From the NCBI GenBank assembly GCA_016875645.1, contig VGPE01000003.1:1-33604 (forward strand): a stretch of DNA of 33,604 nt. Direction: 5' to 3'. Shown here piece after piece: positions 7,576-20,936 of the stretch. A program made the translations under genes and the position numbers. The notes under the pieces are model-generated. The model was given only the letters and a program-made list of their open reading frames with translations, did not search any database and was not told the DNA's origin. This DNA is from Chloroflexota bacterium (GTDB taxonomy: Bacteria; Chloroflexota; Limnocylindria; Limnocylindrales; CSP1-4). Every line of letters begins with the position of its first letter. The stretch's first letter is position 1.

Positions 7576-10089
7576 ATGGCGCCTGAAACGCCGAACGCCA
7601 AGCCGAAGAAGACGGCCGTGCCGACCCAGCCGGCCGGCACCGTTCGCGACCTGCCCCTTGTGGCACTGCGGGAGACGGTCATCTTCCCCGAGATGATCGT
7701 GCCCCTCCAGGTCGGCCGCGAGAAGAGCGTCGCCGCCCTGAACGCGGCCGTCGCGGAGAACGGGCCGATCGCGCTGGTCACCCAGCGGCAGGCTGACCAG
7801 GAGGACATCAACGACCCCTCCGAGCTCTACACCGTCGGGACGCTCGCCAAGATCGCCCAGATCGTCCAGCTCCAGGACGGGACGGTCCGCGCGATCGTCC
7901 AGGGCCAGGGCCGGCTCCGCGTCGAGGGGTTTTCCTCGACCTCGCCCCACCTGCGGGCCCGGATCGTGGATCTCGCCGACGAGACCCCGACGGGAGTCGA
8001 GGTCCAGGCGCTCATGCGCACGGTCCAGGCGCAGATCGAGCAGTACGTCGCCAACGGCGCACCGGTCCCGCCTGAGGCGGCGGTGGCCGCGCGCAACATC
8101 AGCGAGCCGGGGCTGCTGGCCGACATGGTCGCCTACAGCCCGGACATGACCACCGAGCAGCGCCAGGAGCTGCTCGAGACGGTCGACGTCATCGAGCGCC
8201 TCAAGCTGGTCTCGAACTTCCTGGCGCGCCAGATCGAGATCCTCGAGCTCAAGGGGAAGATCCAGTCCGAGGTCAAGTCCGAGATGGACAAGACCCAGCG
8301 GGAGTACATCCTCCGCGAGCAGCTCAAGGCCATCCAGCGCGAGCTGGGCGAGGACGACCCCCAGCAGGCCGAGATCAACGAGCTGCGCGACAAGGTTGAG
8401 GCCGCCGGCATGCCCGACGAGATCAAGGCCCGGGCGATCAAGGAGATCGACCGGATGAGCCGCATCCCGTCGGCGTCGCCGGAGGTGGGCGTCATCCGGA
8501 CGTACGTCGACTGGCTGGTCGGCCTGCCGTGGAACGTTGCAACCGAGGACCAGCTCGACATCAGGGAGGCCGCCAAGATCCTCGACGAGGACCACCACGG
8601 CCTCGAGAAGATCAAGGAGCGCATTCTCGAGTACCTCGCCGTCCGCGCCCTCGCCGACAAGATCCGCAGCCCCATCCTGGCGTTCGTCGGCCCGCCCGGT
8701 GTCGGCAAGACGTCCCTCGGCCGAAGCATCGCGCGGGCCATGGGCCGCAAGTTTGTGCGGATGAGCCTGGGCGGCATCCACGACGAGGCGGAGATCCGCG
8801 GCCATCGGCGCACCTACATCGGCGCGCTGCCCGGTCGTGTCATCCAGAACATCAAGACTGCCGGGTCGAACAACCCGGTCTTCATGCTCGACGAAGTCGA
8901 CAAGATCGGCATGGACTTCCGCGGCGACCCGTCCTCGGCGCTGCTCGAGGTGCTGGATCCGGAGCAGAACTTCAGCTTCCAGGACAACTACCTGGAGGTG
9001 CCGTTCGACCTCTCCCGGGTGCTCTTCGTTGCCACGGCCAACCTCCTCGACCCGATCCCGGCGCCGCTGCGCGACCGGATGGAGATCATCGCGCTCCCCG
9101 GATATACCCAGCAGGAGAAGATCGAGATCGGCAGGCGGTTCCTCATCCCCAAGCAGATGGAGAACCACGGCCTGACCCCGAAGAACATCGAGATCACCGA
9201 CGAGACCATGACCGAGCTCGTCCAGGCCTATACCAAGGAGGCCGGCGTCCGGAATCTCGAGCGCGAGATCGCCAACATCATGCGCAAGGTCGCCCGCACG
9301 GTGGCGGAGGGCCGCAAGCGCAAGACGGTGGTCGACCGGCGCAAGCTCGAGGAGTTCCTCGGGCCCCCGCGCTGGGAGTACGGCGAGCTCGAGGCCGAGG
9401 ATCAGACCGGTTCCGCCACCGGCCTTGTCGTCACCGAGGTCGGCGGCGATGTCGTCGCCGTCGAGGTCACGAAGATGGAGGGCAAGGAGGACTTCATCCT
9501 CACCGGCCAGCTCGGCGAGGTCATGCGGGAGTCCGCCCGGGCCGCCCTGTCCTGGATCCGTGCCAACGCGACCCAGCTCGGCATCTCGCGCGAGATCTTC
9601 GAGAAGAACACGCTTCACATCCACGTGCCCGCGGGCGCGATCCCCAAGGACGGCCCGTCGGCGGGCGTGACGATGGCGACCGCCATGGTCAGCGCGTTCA
9701 CCGGCATCGCTGTCCGCAAGGACGTCGCGATGACGGGCGAGATCACCCTGCGCGGGCGGGTGCTGCCCATCGGCGGGCTCAAGAGCAAGATCCTGGCGGC
9801 GCACCTCGCCGGGGCCAGGATCGTGGTCCTTCCCCGCAAGAACGAGAAGGACCTGCGCGACGTGCCCGACGAGATCCGCAAGTCGATCAAGCTGGTCCTC
9901 GCCGACTCCATGGAGCAGGTGCTCGAGGCGGCTCTCCGGCGCAAGCCGCGGCCGCTCCCCGCGGAGCCCCCGAAGCTGGTGGAGGGCGACAAGCCGCTCA
10001 AGCCAGAGCCCGAGAGCCGGGTTCGACGAACGACCTTCCCGCCGGCCGAGCAGCCGCCGGTGGTGGTTCAGCGGGCCACCCCGGACTGA
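7576..10089 (+). CDS. lon: ATP-dependent protease La (LonA)
   Basis: LON N-domain, Walker [24 protein letters not shown] (catalytic Ser), IGGLKSK (catalytic Lys). Confidence 0.97.
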   Translation: MAPETPNAKPKKTAVPTQPAGTVRDLPLVALRETVIFPEMIVPLQVGREKSVAALNAAVAENGPIALVTQRQADQEDINDPSELYTVGTLAKIAQIVQLQDGTVRAIVQGQGRLRVEGFSSTSPHLRARIVDLADETPTGVEVQALMRTVQAQIEQYVANGAPVPPEAAVAARNISEPGLLADMVAYSPDMTTEQRQELLETVDVIERLKLVSNFLARQIEILELKGKIQSEVKSEMDKTQREYILREQLKAIQRELGEDDPQQAEINELRDKVEAAGMPDEIKARAIKEIDRMSRIPSASPEVGVIRTYVDWLVGLPWNVATEDQLDIREAAKILDEDHHGLEKIKERILEYLAVRALADKIRSPILAFVGPPGVGKTSLGRSIARAMGRKFVRMSLGGIHDEAEIRGHRRTYIGALPGRVIQNIKTAGSNNPVFMLDEVDKIGMDFRGDPSSALLEVLDPEQNFSFQDNYLEVPFDLSRVLFVATANLLDPIPAPLRDRMEIIALPGYTQQEKIEIGRRFLIPKQMENHGLTPKNIEITDETMTELVQAYTKEAGVRNLEREIANIMRKVARTVAEGRKRKTVVDRRKLEEFLGPPRWEYGELEAEDQTGSATGLVVTEVGGDVVAVEVTKMEGKEDFILTGQLGEVMRESARAALSWIRANATQLGISREIFEKNTLHIHVPAGAIPKDGPSAGVTMATAMVSAFTGIAVRKDVAMTGEITLRGRVLPIGGLKSKILAAHLAGARIVVLPRKNEKDLRDVPDEIRKSIKLVLADSMEQVLEAALRRKPRPLPAEPPKLVEGDKPLKPEPESRVRRTTFPPAEQPPVVVQRATPD

Positions 10090-10106
10090 GGCCGTCCGAT
10101 GCGAGG

Positions 10107-10143
10107 GAGCCCGGCTTGGTGATGAACCCTGCCGGGCTTCTTC
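10107..10143 (+). terminator. Weak hairpin between lon and the J-protein gene
   Basis: GAGCCCGGC...GCCGGGCTT with a 15-nt loop and a short pyrimidine tail. Confidence 0.25.
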
Positions 10144-10161
10144 GATCAGGGGACTGAATCG

Positions 10162-11211
10162 ATGGACTACAAGGACTACTACCAGGTCCTGGGCGTGCCC
10201 CGGACGGCAACGCAGGCTGACATTAAGAAGGCCTTCCGCAAGCTCGCCCGCCAGCACCACCCGGACCGCAACCAGGGCGACAAGGCCGCTGAACAGCGGT
10301 TCAAGGACCTCAACGAGGCCAACGAGGTCCTGTCAGATTCCGGGAAGCGCAAGCTCTACGACGAGCTGGGCTCCAACTGGGAGGCCTACTCGCGCGCCGG
10401 CTCGAGGCCGGGTGCCGGCGGCACCGGCGCTCCGTTCAGCGGGTTCTCCGGCTTCGGCGGGCAGGGTGCCAACGTCCGTTACGAGTTCCGGGGCAGCGGC
10501 GACGCCGGCGAGTTCAGCGACTTCTTCCGCATGTTCTTCGGCGGCGAGGAGTCAGCCGCCGGCGGTGCGAGCGGCCGGACCCGGACGCGGGCCCGCCAGG
10601 CGCGGGGAGCCGGGACACCCTCGATCGAGGACATGCTCGCCGGTCTGGGCGGGCCGGCGGCCGGCGGCTCCGCGCCGACCGCGGCCGACGGGCGCGCTCA
10701 AGGGCCCGACGCCCAGGCCGAGATCAGCCTCGAAGAGGCATTCACGGGGACGACACGCATCGTTGACGTTGACGGCAAGCGACTCGAGCTCAAGATCCCG
10801 GCCGGCGTCGACTCCGGAAGCCGGATCCGGATCGCGAGCAAGGGCGGCTCGGGGCCGGCGCGCGACGTGTTCATCGCGACGAGGCTGCGGCCGCATCCGG
10901 TGTTCAGCCGGAGCGGGGCCGACATCACGCGCGACCTGAAGGTGGCCCTGCGGGAGGCGCTCCTCGGCGCCGAGGTGCCGGTCGGAACCCTGACGGGCCG
11001 CGTGCTCCTGACGCTGCCGGCGGGCACTCAGAACGGCCGCACGTTCCGTCTGTCCGGCCAGGGCATGCCGCGTCTGAAGGGCGAAGGCCGAGGAGACCTG
11101 TACGTGAAGGTGCAGGTCATCCTGCCGACCGGCCTGTCGGAGGCTGCGAAGAGCGCCGCGGAGGCGTTCCTCAAGAAGGTCGATCAGCCGAACCCGCGGA
11201 GCGACGGGTAG
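10162..11211 (+). CDS. Class B J-domain protein (CbpA/DnaJ2-like, no zinc finger)
   Basis: [13 protein letters not shown] motif, G/F-rich region, DnaJ C-terminal domain, no CxxCxGxG repeats. Confidence 0.92.
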   Translation: MDYKDYYQVLGVPRTATQADIKKAFRKLARQHHPDRNQGDKAAEQRFKDLNEANEVLSDSGKRKLYDELGSNWEAYSRAGSRPGAGGTGAPFSGFSGFGGQGANVRYEFRGSGDAGEFSDFFRMFFGGEESAAGGASGRTRTRARQARGAGTPSIEDMLAGLGGPAAGGSAPTAADGRAQGPDAQAEISLEEAFTGTTRIVDVDGKRLELKIPAGVDSGSRIRIASKGGSGPARDVFIATRLRPHPVFSRSGADITRDLKVALREALLGAEVPVGTLTGRVLLTLPAGTQNGRTFRLSGQGMPRLKGEGRGDLYVKVQVILPTGLSEAAKSAAEAFLKKVDQPNPRSDG

Positions 11212-11339
11212 TCGCTCGGCCGAAGGCCGTCCCGCCGCGGCGAGAGACAGCGTCGATCAGGCTCGCGGGCGGCACGTCCGGGGGCGCTGCCGATCGGGGG
11301 ACCCGGGGCCTGCCCCGGGAAGACGTCGCCAACACCCCA

Positions 11340-11376
11340 TTTACAGTGGCAGCACACCTATCAATAATGCTGTCAA
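11340..11376 (+). promoter_or_regulatory. clpB promoter with a second copy of the heat-shock operator
   Basis: TTTACA (11340-11345), 17 bp, AATAAT (11363-11368). CTATCAATAATGCTGTCAA (11358-11376) matches the hsp20 palindrome at 14/19. Confidence 0.65.
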
Positions 11377-11415
11377 CTCTGCTCTCTGTTCCTCCCCTCG
11401 GAGGCTGACCCCACG

Positions 11416-14163
<2,748 letters not shown>

Positions 14164-14216
14164 TCCGACCGGCCGCACTCGCTCGTCCGCTTGCGTTGAA
14201 CGGGCATGCTCCGCGC

Positions 14217-14849
14217 ATGAAGTTCGACGCTGCCGTCGCGCGCCTGTCGCCGCTGCCAGCGCGCCTGCCGCCGGGACCCGCGAGGCTGACGCCCGTGATC
14301 CTGGAGGGACCCGCGCGGACACCGGTCCACTTCGACGCCAGTACATCGCGTCCCGCGGCCGTGCTGGTCCTCGTATACCCGGACGAATCGGGTGACGCGT
14401 GCGTGCTCCTGACGGAACGGGTCGTCGGTGGCGCCCATCACAGCGGCGAGGTCAGCTTCCCGGGCGGGAAGGCAGAGCCGCACGATGTGGACGCGGCCGC
14501 AACCGCGATCCGCGAATCCGAGGAGGAGGTCGGCCTCGACCCTTCCGCCGTCGGGCTGACGGTCGTGGGCGTACTGGACCCGGTCTGGATCCCGGTCAGC
14601 GGCTTCCGGCTGACGCCGGTCATGGCCCTGGCCGAACGGCGACCTGCCTATCGGGCGGAGCCGCGCGAAGTCAGCCGGATCCTTGAGCCGCCGCTCGCGG
14701 CCTTCGTGCCGCCCGCCCCGATCGAGATCGTCGAGCGGGCGTTCGGCGAGCGGCTGATCCGCTTCGGGGCCTACTCGCTCGACGGCCTGCTCGTCTGGGG
14801 GGCCACTGCGCGCGTCCTGGGCCAGGTCGGCGCGATCGTGGCGCGCTAG
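14217..14849 (+). CDS. Nudix hydrolase, CoA pyrophosphatase (NudL/YeaB-like)
   Basis: AAVLVLV, HSGEVSFPGGK..AIRESEEEVGL Nudix box, VWGATARVL. Confidence 0.88.
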   Translation: MKFDAAVARLSPLPARLPPGPARLTPVILEGPARTPVHFDASTSRPAAVLVLVYPDESGDACVLLTERVVGGAHHSGEVSFPGGKAEPHDVDAAATAIRESEEEVGLDPSAVGLTVVGVLDPVWIPVSGFRLTPVMALAERRPAYRAEPREVSRILEPPLAAFVPPAPIEIVERAFGERLIRFGAYSLDGLLVWGATARVLGQVGAIVAR

Positions 14850-16018
14850 ACGACCTCCCGCCGGATCGTCGCCCCGGCGAGCACCACGAACAGCACGGCC
14901 GTCCCAGCCAGGAACGCGAGGTCCAGCTGCAGGGTCCGCGACGCGAGGTCGGCGCCGCGCACCATCACCTCCCGCAATCCCTCCACCGCGTAGGTCAGGG
15001 GCATGACGCGCGCCACCGGCTGCAGGGCGGCCGGCAGCGATTCGATGGACCAGAAGACGCCGCCCAGCAGCCCCTGCGGCACGATCACCAGCGGAATGAA
15101 CTGGAGGATCTGCAACTCAGTCCGCGCGAAGGTCGAAAGGAAGATGCCCAGGTTCACCGAGCCCAGCGCGAAGAGCAGGACCACGAGGAACGCCAGCAGC
15201 GGACTGCCGGCCGACGGAATCCCGAGGCCGATCGCGACCCGAGGTCCGTCCCAGCCATCGGGCGTGGACCAGCCCGACAGGCTGAACGCCAGGATCAGTA
15301 CGACCTGGATTGTGGTGAAGATCGCGAACCCGAGTGAGTAGCCCGCCACGATCTCCGCGCGCCGGATCGGCGTCGCGAGCAGCCGCTCAAGCGTGCCGCC
15401 CACCCGCTCGCGCAGGAAGCTGATCGCGGTCAGGATGAAGACGAAGAAGAACCCGAAGTAGCCGATCAGCGCAGGCGCGAAGCTCGCCAGCGCGTCCGGC
15501 GGGCCGGCGATGAACGGCGGCCCGAAGACCGAGCGGCGCAGGATCGATGCGGTGCCCGGCGGCAGGGGCAGCGCTCCGGCCAGCTGGCGCAACACGACCT
15601 CCACCTGCGCGTTGTCGTCGGTGCCGCGCACGCCCTGGGTCACGATCACCAGCGGCGGGGGGTCGCCATCGGCCAATCCGGCACCGAAGCCGACCGGGAG
15701 CAGGATCACCACGTCGACCGCGCTCGCACGCAGCGCGGCGTCGGCCGCCGGTTCATCCGCTCCGACCTCGACCAGCGGCAGAGCGGCCTGGCGGATTGCC
15801 TCGGTCAGCGCGCCGCGCACCCGTTCGCTCGGCGCGGATGCGACGTCGAGGTTCACGATGGCGACCCGCGGCGACGGCGCCGACGAGTCGCGCAGCACCC
15901 AGCCCAGCAGCGCCATGATCACGAGCGGCGCGACGAAGATCAGGCCGAGCGAGCGATGGTCGCGCAGGAACTGGTCCACGATTCGCCGCGCGAGCGCCAC
16001 GACGCGCCAGGGGTTCAC
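14846..16018 (-). CDS. ABC-2 type exporter permease
   Basis: N-terminal TM, extracytoplasmic loop, LRERVGGTLERLLATP, multiple TMs, MPLTYAVEGLREVM. Confidence 0.9.
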   Translation of the reverse strand: MNPWRVVALARRIVDQFLRDHRSLGLIFVAPLVIMALLGWVLRDSSAPSPRVAIVNLDVASAPSERVRGALTEAIRQAALPLVEVGADEPAADAALRASAVDVVILLPVGFGAGLADGDPPPLVIVTQGVRGTDDNAQVEVVLRQLAGALPLPPGTASILRRSVFGPPFIAGPPDALASFAPALIGYFGFFFVFILTAISFLRERVGGTLERLLATPIRRAEIVAGYSLGFAIFTTIQVVLILAFSLSGWSTPDGWDGPRVAIGLGIPSAGSPLLAFLVVLLFALGSVNLGIFLSTFARTELQILQFIPLVIVPQGLLGGVFWSIESLPAALQPVARVMPLTYAVEGLREVMVRGADLASRTLQLDLAFLAGTAVLFVVLAGATIRREVV

Positions 16019-16803
16019 GGGACCGGCTCGCCGAGGCGCAGAAACGCCCCTTCGAGGTCAGGCGTGCCGGCCCGGTCGCGCAGCTCCGCTGCAGTCCCAC
16101 GCCCCAGCACGCGACCGGCTCGCAGCAGGACCAGCTCGTCGCAGCGGTCCGCCTCGTCCATGACGTGGCTCGAGACGATCAGCGTCCGCCCGGCGTCGGC
16201 CAATCGCCGGAAGTGGGCCCAGAACTGCACGCGCAGCGCCGGGTCCACGCCCACCGTCGGCTCGTCGAGAAAGATGACTGCAGGGTCGTGGACCAGGGCA
16301 CACGCCAGCGAGAGCCGGCGGCGCATCCCGCCCGACAGCTCGAGTGCCGGCGTTCCGCGCCGATCGGCCAGCTCCACGAGTTCCAGCACACGCTGGAGCG
16401 GGGCCGCGTCACGGACGCCGTAGAGCGCCGCGAGGAAGCGCAGGTTCTCCCACGCGGAGAGCTCGGCGTAGGTCCCGTCGCCCTGGGTCATGTACCCGAT
16501 CCGGGCGAGCAGGGTCCGAGACGGCATCGGGACGCCGAGCACGCGCACGCTGCCCTCCGTCGCGCGCGCGAGGCCGGTCATGAGGCGGATGAGCGTCGTC
16601 TTGCCGGAGCCGTTCGGGCCCAGGACCCCGTAGATGCGCCCGGGCGCCAGCGAGAGGTCGATGCCATCGACGGCGTGGATCGCGCCGAACCGCTTGACGA
16701 GGCCGACCGCCTCCATTGCGGGTGTCGTGCCCGTCGCGGGTTCCGGGATCGCGAACCCTCGCGACATCGGGGCCCTAGAAGGGTTCCCCCTCGGCGACGT
16801 CAT
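16015..16803 (-). CDS. ABC transporter ATP-binding protein (start uncertain, may be downstream)
   Basis: GPNGSGKTT, LSGGMRRR, FLDEPTVGVDP, SSHVMDE. Confidence 0.92.
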   Translation of the reverse strand: MTSPRGNPSRAPMSRGFAIPEPATGTTPAMEAVGLVKRFGAIHAVDGIDLSLAPGRIYGVLGPNGSGKTTLIRLMTGLARATEGSVRVLGVPMPSRTLLARIGYMTQGDGTYAELSAWENLRFLAALYGVRDAAPLQRVLELVELADRRGTPALELSGGMRRRLSLACALVHDPAVIFLDEPTVGVDPALRVQFWAHFRRLADAGRTLIVSSHVMDEADRCDELVLLRAGRVLGRGTAAELRDRAGTPDLEGAFLRLGEPVP

Positions 16804-17254
16804 ACCGGCTGGCCGGTCGTTCCAGGAGATGGCCGTACGCGCGCTGTGGGGGCGTCGGCGAACCGCCGGGCGCCGTGACGTCCCCGGCGGCGATCTCCCG
16901 CGCCGTGCCCTCGAGCACCCGCGACTCGACCAGCTCGGGCAGTTCCACCACGATCGCGCGCATCGGTGACTGGTCGGTCCACGCCGCGTGCACGACGTTG
17001 GCCGGCCAGAGGACCGCCTCGCCCGCGGCGACCCGCGACTGCTCGTCGTCGACCTGCACGAACCCGCCGCCCTCGATTACCACGAACCAGGTCGTGTTGG
17101 GGTTGCTGTGCGGTTCGATGCGACCCTGGCGGCCGAAGGCGAGCTCCGAGATCACGCCGTTCGCGTCGGAGTGGATGACCTGGCCCTGCAGGTTGCGCGA
17201 CCCCTTCGGGCCCTCGGCCCGCCGGTTGCCGACTCCGAAGCGAGCGATCTGCAC
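16775..17254 (-). CDS. Cupin-domain protein
   Basis: IEPHSNPNTTWFVVIEGGGFVQV and AGEAVLWPANVVHAAW cupin motifs 1 and 2. Confidence 0.8.
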   Translation of the reverse strand: MQIARFGVGNRRAEGPKGSRNLQGQVIHSDANGVISELAFGRQGRIEPHSNPNTTWFVVIEGGGFVQVDDEQSRVAAGEAVLWPANVVHAAWTDQSPMRAIVVELPELVESRVLEGTAREIAAGDVTAPGGSPTPPQRAYGHLLERPASRYDVAEGEPF

Positions 17255-17267
17255 AGCAGTGGCGCTG

Positions 17268-17699
17268 TCAGCGCCGGCGGCGGCGCCGGGCCGGCTTCGT
17301 GCGGATCGTGCTTTCGGGATGCGCGAACCGCGAGCGCGAGAAGTACCGCTGGCGAGCCAGTTTCTGCTCGTAGGCGGCCAGGATCGGCGGGAAGTGGATG
17401 AAGCGGATCCAGATGAACACGCCCAGCATGATCGGGATCGTGATGACCACGAACAGGAAATCGAAGACGAACAGCGCGTAGGTCACCAGGAGCCCGAACG
17501 AGATCACGCCCGTCCAGAGCAGCCACTCATACATCTCGAGATATGGCGCGTGTGTGCGCAGCTGCCGCGTCCGGACGTTGTAAAGGATCACGAGCGCGAT
17601 CAGGAGGACCAGCGAACTGCTCCAGATCGGGTTGAACAGGTCATGGAAGTTGAAGCTGTTGAAGGAAATGAACAGGTATTCCCAGGGCTCGTGCTTCAC
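17268..17699 (-). CDS. Hypothetical membrane protein (about 3 TM, basic C-terminus)
   Basis: GTG start after a GGGGAGA SD, three hydrophobic segments, ends RRRRRR. No family recognised. Confidence 0.75.
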   Translation of the reverse strand: MKHEPWEYLFISFNSFNFHDLFNPIWSSSLVLLIALVILYNVRTRQLRTHAPYLEMYEWLLWTGVISFGLLVTYALFVFDFLFVVITIPIMLGVFIWIRFIHFPPILAAYEQKLARQRYFSRSRFAHPESTIRTKPARRRRRR

Positions 17700-17858
17700 G
17701 GTTCTCCCCGTGCGTATGGGCGCCATTCGGGCGGCGATCCCCGCCGCAACTGCGCGCCACTCAACGGCCCGGGCGGACCCGGCCCGAGCGGCATCGACGC
17801 CGGCGGGCGCCCTCCATGGAGCACCGTCCGGCTGACCGAGTATGCCATGACCGCGCGC

Positions 17859-18009
17859 TATACTCGCCCTCCGGGAGACGCCGTCCGGAGCGACCGAAGG
17901 CGACTTCGGGCCGCGGCGGGCGGATCACGACCGATCCCGCTGCGGCGGACCGGCGGGTCGGCACCCGGCACCGCCCCGGACGGAGACCCACTGGACGGAG
18001 GCAGGCTGG
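17859..18009 (+). promoter_or_regulatory. -10 (TATACT) and structured 5' leader of purH
   Basis: TATACT at 17859-17864, followed by several nested stems (see findings). Confidence 0.45.
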
Positions 18010-19557
18010 GTGCGAGCCCTCATCTCGGTCGCCAATCGCGACGGCCTGGGGGCCCTCGCGCGGGAGCTGCGAAGTCTCGGGGTCGACATCTACGCCACCG
18101 ACGGCACGCGGGAGCACCTCGCCGGTGACGGCATCGATGTGGCGAGCGTCAGCGACCTGACCCTCGTGCCGCCCCTCGTCGGTGGCCAGGTCAAGACGTT
18201 CCACCCGGCGGTGTACGCGGGCATCCTCGCCCGGCGCGACGATCCCGGCCAACTCGCCGAACTCGTGGAACACGGCATCGCGCCGATCGACATCGTGGTC
18301 GTCAACGTCAAGCCGTTCGCGCCCGAAGTCGGCGCCGGCGTCCATCGGATCGATGAAGCGCTCGAGCTCGTGGACGTGGGCGGCGTCGCGCTGCTCGGCG
18401 CCGCGGCCCGTAACTGCGTGGCGGTGGCCGCTGTCTCGAGCCCGCATCACTACCCGCGTGTGATCCGGGAGCTGCGCGAGCTGGGCACCACCTCCGCCGA
18501 GCTGCGCCAGGCGCTGGCCGCCGAAGCCTTCGGCGCCATCGCCGCCTTCCACGCGGAAATCGCGGCGTACCTCCACCAGCTGACGGGAAACCTGTTCCCG
18601 CCCCGGCTCGCGCTGGTGCTCGAGAAAGTCGACGACCTTCGGTACGGCGAGAACCCGCACCAGCGAGCGGCCTTCTACCGCGAGACCACCCATCGCAGCG
18701 GCACGCTTGCCGATGCGACCCAGCTCCAGGGTGCGCCGCCCAGCTTCAACGACCTCATGGATCTCGACGCGGCGTACCGCATCGCGCGCGATTTCACATC
18801 GCCCGCGGTCGCGATCGTCAAGCACACCGAGCCGGTCGGCCTCGCGTCAAGCGATGAGCTGGCCGAGGCGTACCGCCGGGCGCTCGAGTGCGATACCGTC
18901 GCCGCGTTCGGCGGGATCGTGGCCGTGAACCGCCAGCTGGACGTGGCGACCGCGCGGGAGATCGCCGCCAACTCGTACGAGGCGGTGGTGGCCCCGTCGT
19001 ACAGCGACGCGGCGCTGGCCGTCCTGCGTGAGAAGGAGCAGCTCGAGATCCTGGCGGTGCCCGCTGACCCCACCGAAGGGATGCGCGACTACGGCATCGC
19101 CACGCTGGACTTCAAGCGCATCTCCGGCGGCCTGCTGGTCCAGACCCAGGACGATCTGGCGCTCGACCGCGGCCAGCTGCAGGTTGTCACCCAGCGGCGC
19201 CCCACACTCGAGGAGCTGACCGACCTGCTGTTCGCCTGGCGCGCCGTCCGCCACATCAGCTCCAATGCCATCGTGCTCGCCCGCAACGCGGCCACCGTGG
19301 GCATCGGGGCAGGGCAGGCCAGCCGCCAGGTCTCGGTGGAGATCGCGCTGCGCCGGGCGGGCGATCGGGCCAAGCTCGCCGTGATGGCGAGCGATGCGTA
19401 CTTCCCGTTCCCCGATGGCATCGCCATCGCCGCCAACGCGGGCGTGACTGCCATCATCCAGCCGGGCGGCTCTGTCCGGGACGAGATGGCCATCGAGGTC
19501 GCAAACCGCCACCATCTCGCCATGGTCTTCACCGGTCGCCGCCACTTCCGATCCTGA
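18010..19557 (+). CDS. purH: Bifunctional AICAR transformylase/IMP cyclohydrolase PurH (divergent)
   Basis: RALISV, VKTFHP, LRYGENPHQRAAFY, IVKH, AFGGIVA, SNAIV, ASDAYFPFPD, IIQPGGSVRD, FTGRRHFR. Confidence 0.9.
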   Translation: MRALISVANRDGLGALARELRSLGVDIYATDGTREHLAGDGIDVASVSDLTLVPPLVGGQVKTFHPAVYAGILARRDDPGQLAELVEHGIAPIDIVVVNVKPFAPEVGAGVHRIDEALELVDVGGVALLGAAARNCVAVAAVSSPHHYPRVIRELRELGTTSAELRQALAAEAFGAIAAFHAEIAAYLHQLTGNLFPPRLALVLEKVDDLRYGENPHQRAAFYRETTHRSGTLADATQLQGAPPSFNDLMDLDAAYRIARDFTSPAVAIVKHTEPVGLASSDELAEAYRRALECDTVAAFGGIVAVNRQLDVATAREIAANSYEAVVAPSYSDAALAVLREKEQLEILAVPADPTEGMRDYGIATLDFKRISGGLLVQTQDDLALDRGQLQVVTQRRPTLEELTDLLFAWRAVRHISSNAIVLARNAATVGIGAGQASRQVSVEIALRRAGDRAKLAVMASDAYFPFPDGIAIAANAGVTAIIQPGGSVRDEMAIEVANRHHLAMVFTGRRHFRS

Positions 19558-19584
19558 CGCACATCGCCTGGGAGGATTTGCCAC

Positions 19585-20601
19585 GTGACGACGGCTCAGC
19601 CTCGGAGTCCGATGGAAAAGCTGCTCGCGCTCGAGATGGTCCGGGTCACCGAGGCCGCGGCAATCGCGGCTGCGCGGTACATGGGCCGGGGCGACCGCCA
19701 CGAGGCAGACCGAGCCGCCACCGAGGCCATGCGCCGGACCATGGACGATATGGACATCGCGGCCACGATCGTCATCGGCGAGGGCGAGCGGGACGAAGCG
19801 CCGATGCTCTACATCGGGGAACGCCTGGGCCGGATGGAGGGTGAAGACGGCGCCACGCTCATGGAAGTGGACATCGCGGTCGATCCCCTCGAGGGCACCA
19901 ACCTGGTCGCAACCGGGTCCGGCAACGCGATCACGGTCCTCGCCGCAACGGAGCGCGGCGGCCTGCTGAATGCTCCCGATACGTACTTCGACAAGCTGGC
20001 GGTCGGGCCCCTCGCAGCCGGCAAGGTCGACATCCGGCTTTCGCCCACCGAGAACCTGCACCGGATTGCGGCCGCGCTCGGGCGCGGCGTCAACGACCTG
20101 ACGGTGATCATCCTGGACCGGCCGCGCCACGCGGACCTGATCCGCGAGGTCCGCGAGGCGGGTGCCCGCATCTCGCTCATATCGGACGGCGACGTGATCG
20201 CCGGGATCAGCACGGCGATTTCGGGCACGGGCGTGCATGCCCTGATGGGCATCGGGGCCGCCCCCGAGGGTGTGCTCACGGCCGCCGCGCTGCGCTGCCT
20301 GGGCGGCGAGATCCAGGCCCGATTCCGCTTTCGCAACGAATCCGACCGCGAACGGGCCAGGCGCATGTGCGGGATCGGTGACGAGGACTATGTCTTCAAG
20401 ACCGAGGAACTGGCCCGCGGCGAGCACCTGGTCTTCGCCGCCACCGGCGTCACCGACGGTGAGGTGCTCCAGGGCGTCCGCTTCTTCGGCGGCGGGGCGC
20501 GAACCCACTCGCTCGTCATGACCTACCGCAGCAAGACGATCCGCTTCGTCGATACGGTGCACATGTTCGACCGGAACCGGCCGCCGTCCGTCCGGCTGTA
20601 G
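19585..20601 (+). CDS. glpX: Class II fructose-1,6-bisphosphatase GlpX
   Basis: [65 protein letters not shown]. Confidence 0.96.
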   Translation: MTTAQPRSPMEKLLALEMVRVTEAAAIAAARYMGRGDRHEADRAATEAMRRTMDDMDIAATIVIGEGERDEAPMLYIGERLGRMEGEDGATLMEVDIAVDPLEGTNLVATGSGNAITVLAATERGGLLNAPDTYFDKLAVGPLAAGKVDIRLSPTENLHRIAAALGRGVNDLTVIILDRPRHADLIREVREAGARISLISDGDVIAGISTAISGTGVHALMGIGAAPEGVLTAAALRCLGGEIQARFRFRNESDRERARRMCGIGDEDYVFKTEELARGEHLVFAATGVTDGEVLQGVRFFGGGARTHSLVMTYRSKTIRFVDTVHMFDRNRPPSVRL

Positions 20602-20724
20602 GCCTCCGGCGAAGGCGCTTTCGCGGAAGGCCCCGCGGGGAGACCCCGCGACCCCGGGATGCCGTCGGCCCGTGCCCTCCGCGTCGCGACGGCGACCATC
20701 GCGGACATCCACCGCGCGCGCCGG

Positions 20725-20766
20725 GCGCGCCTTCCGGCGCGCTGGACGCGCCTTCCGGCGCGCTGG
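20725..20766. repeat. Tandem palindromic 20-bp repeat (REP-like) between convergent glpX and folK
   Basis: CGCGCCTTCCGGCGCGCTGG at 20726-20745 and 20747-20766. Each copy folds as CGCGCC-TTCC-GGCGCG. Confidence 0.6.
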
Positions 20767-20936
20767 TCGCCGTCCGGTCGGGATTCACGCTGTGAGCGCT
20801 CCGTCGAGCACTTCGACGATCGCAACCTGACCGGGCGTGTTCGGTGCCTGACGGTTTCACGCCGTGGGCGGGATTCGGGCATCCAGGCAGGTCGATCCGG
20901 CGCGATGTCCGCCCCGATGTGCGGGGGGTGCCGCCT

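Noticed and set aside
7485-7586. Possible fifth bridging ORF between hspR and lon
   Set aside because: Its stop overshoots the lon start by 11 nt, and lon has its own strong SD (GAGGAG), so it was not counted.
17865-18009. ZTP (pfl) or glycine riboswitch before purH
   Set aside because: No GACTGGCG...CGCCTGGGC pseudoknot elements. GGAGA/CCGAAG resembles a glycine aptamer, but there is no CTCTCAGG.
20725-20766. CRISPR mini-array
   Set aside because: Two adjacent copies with no spacer and no cas genes.
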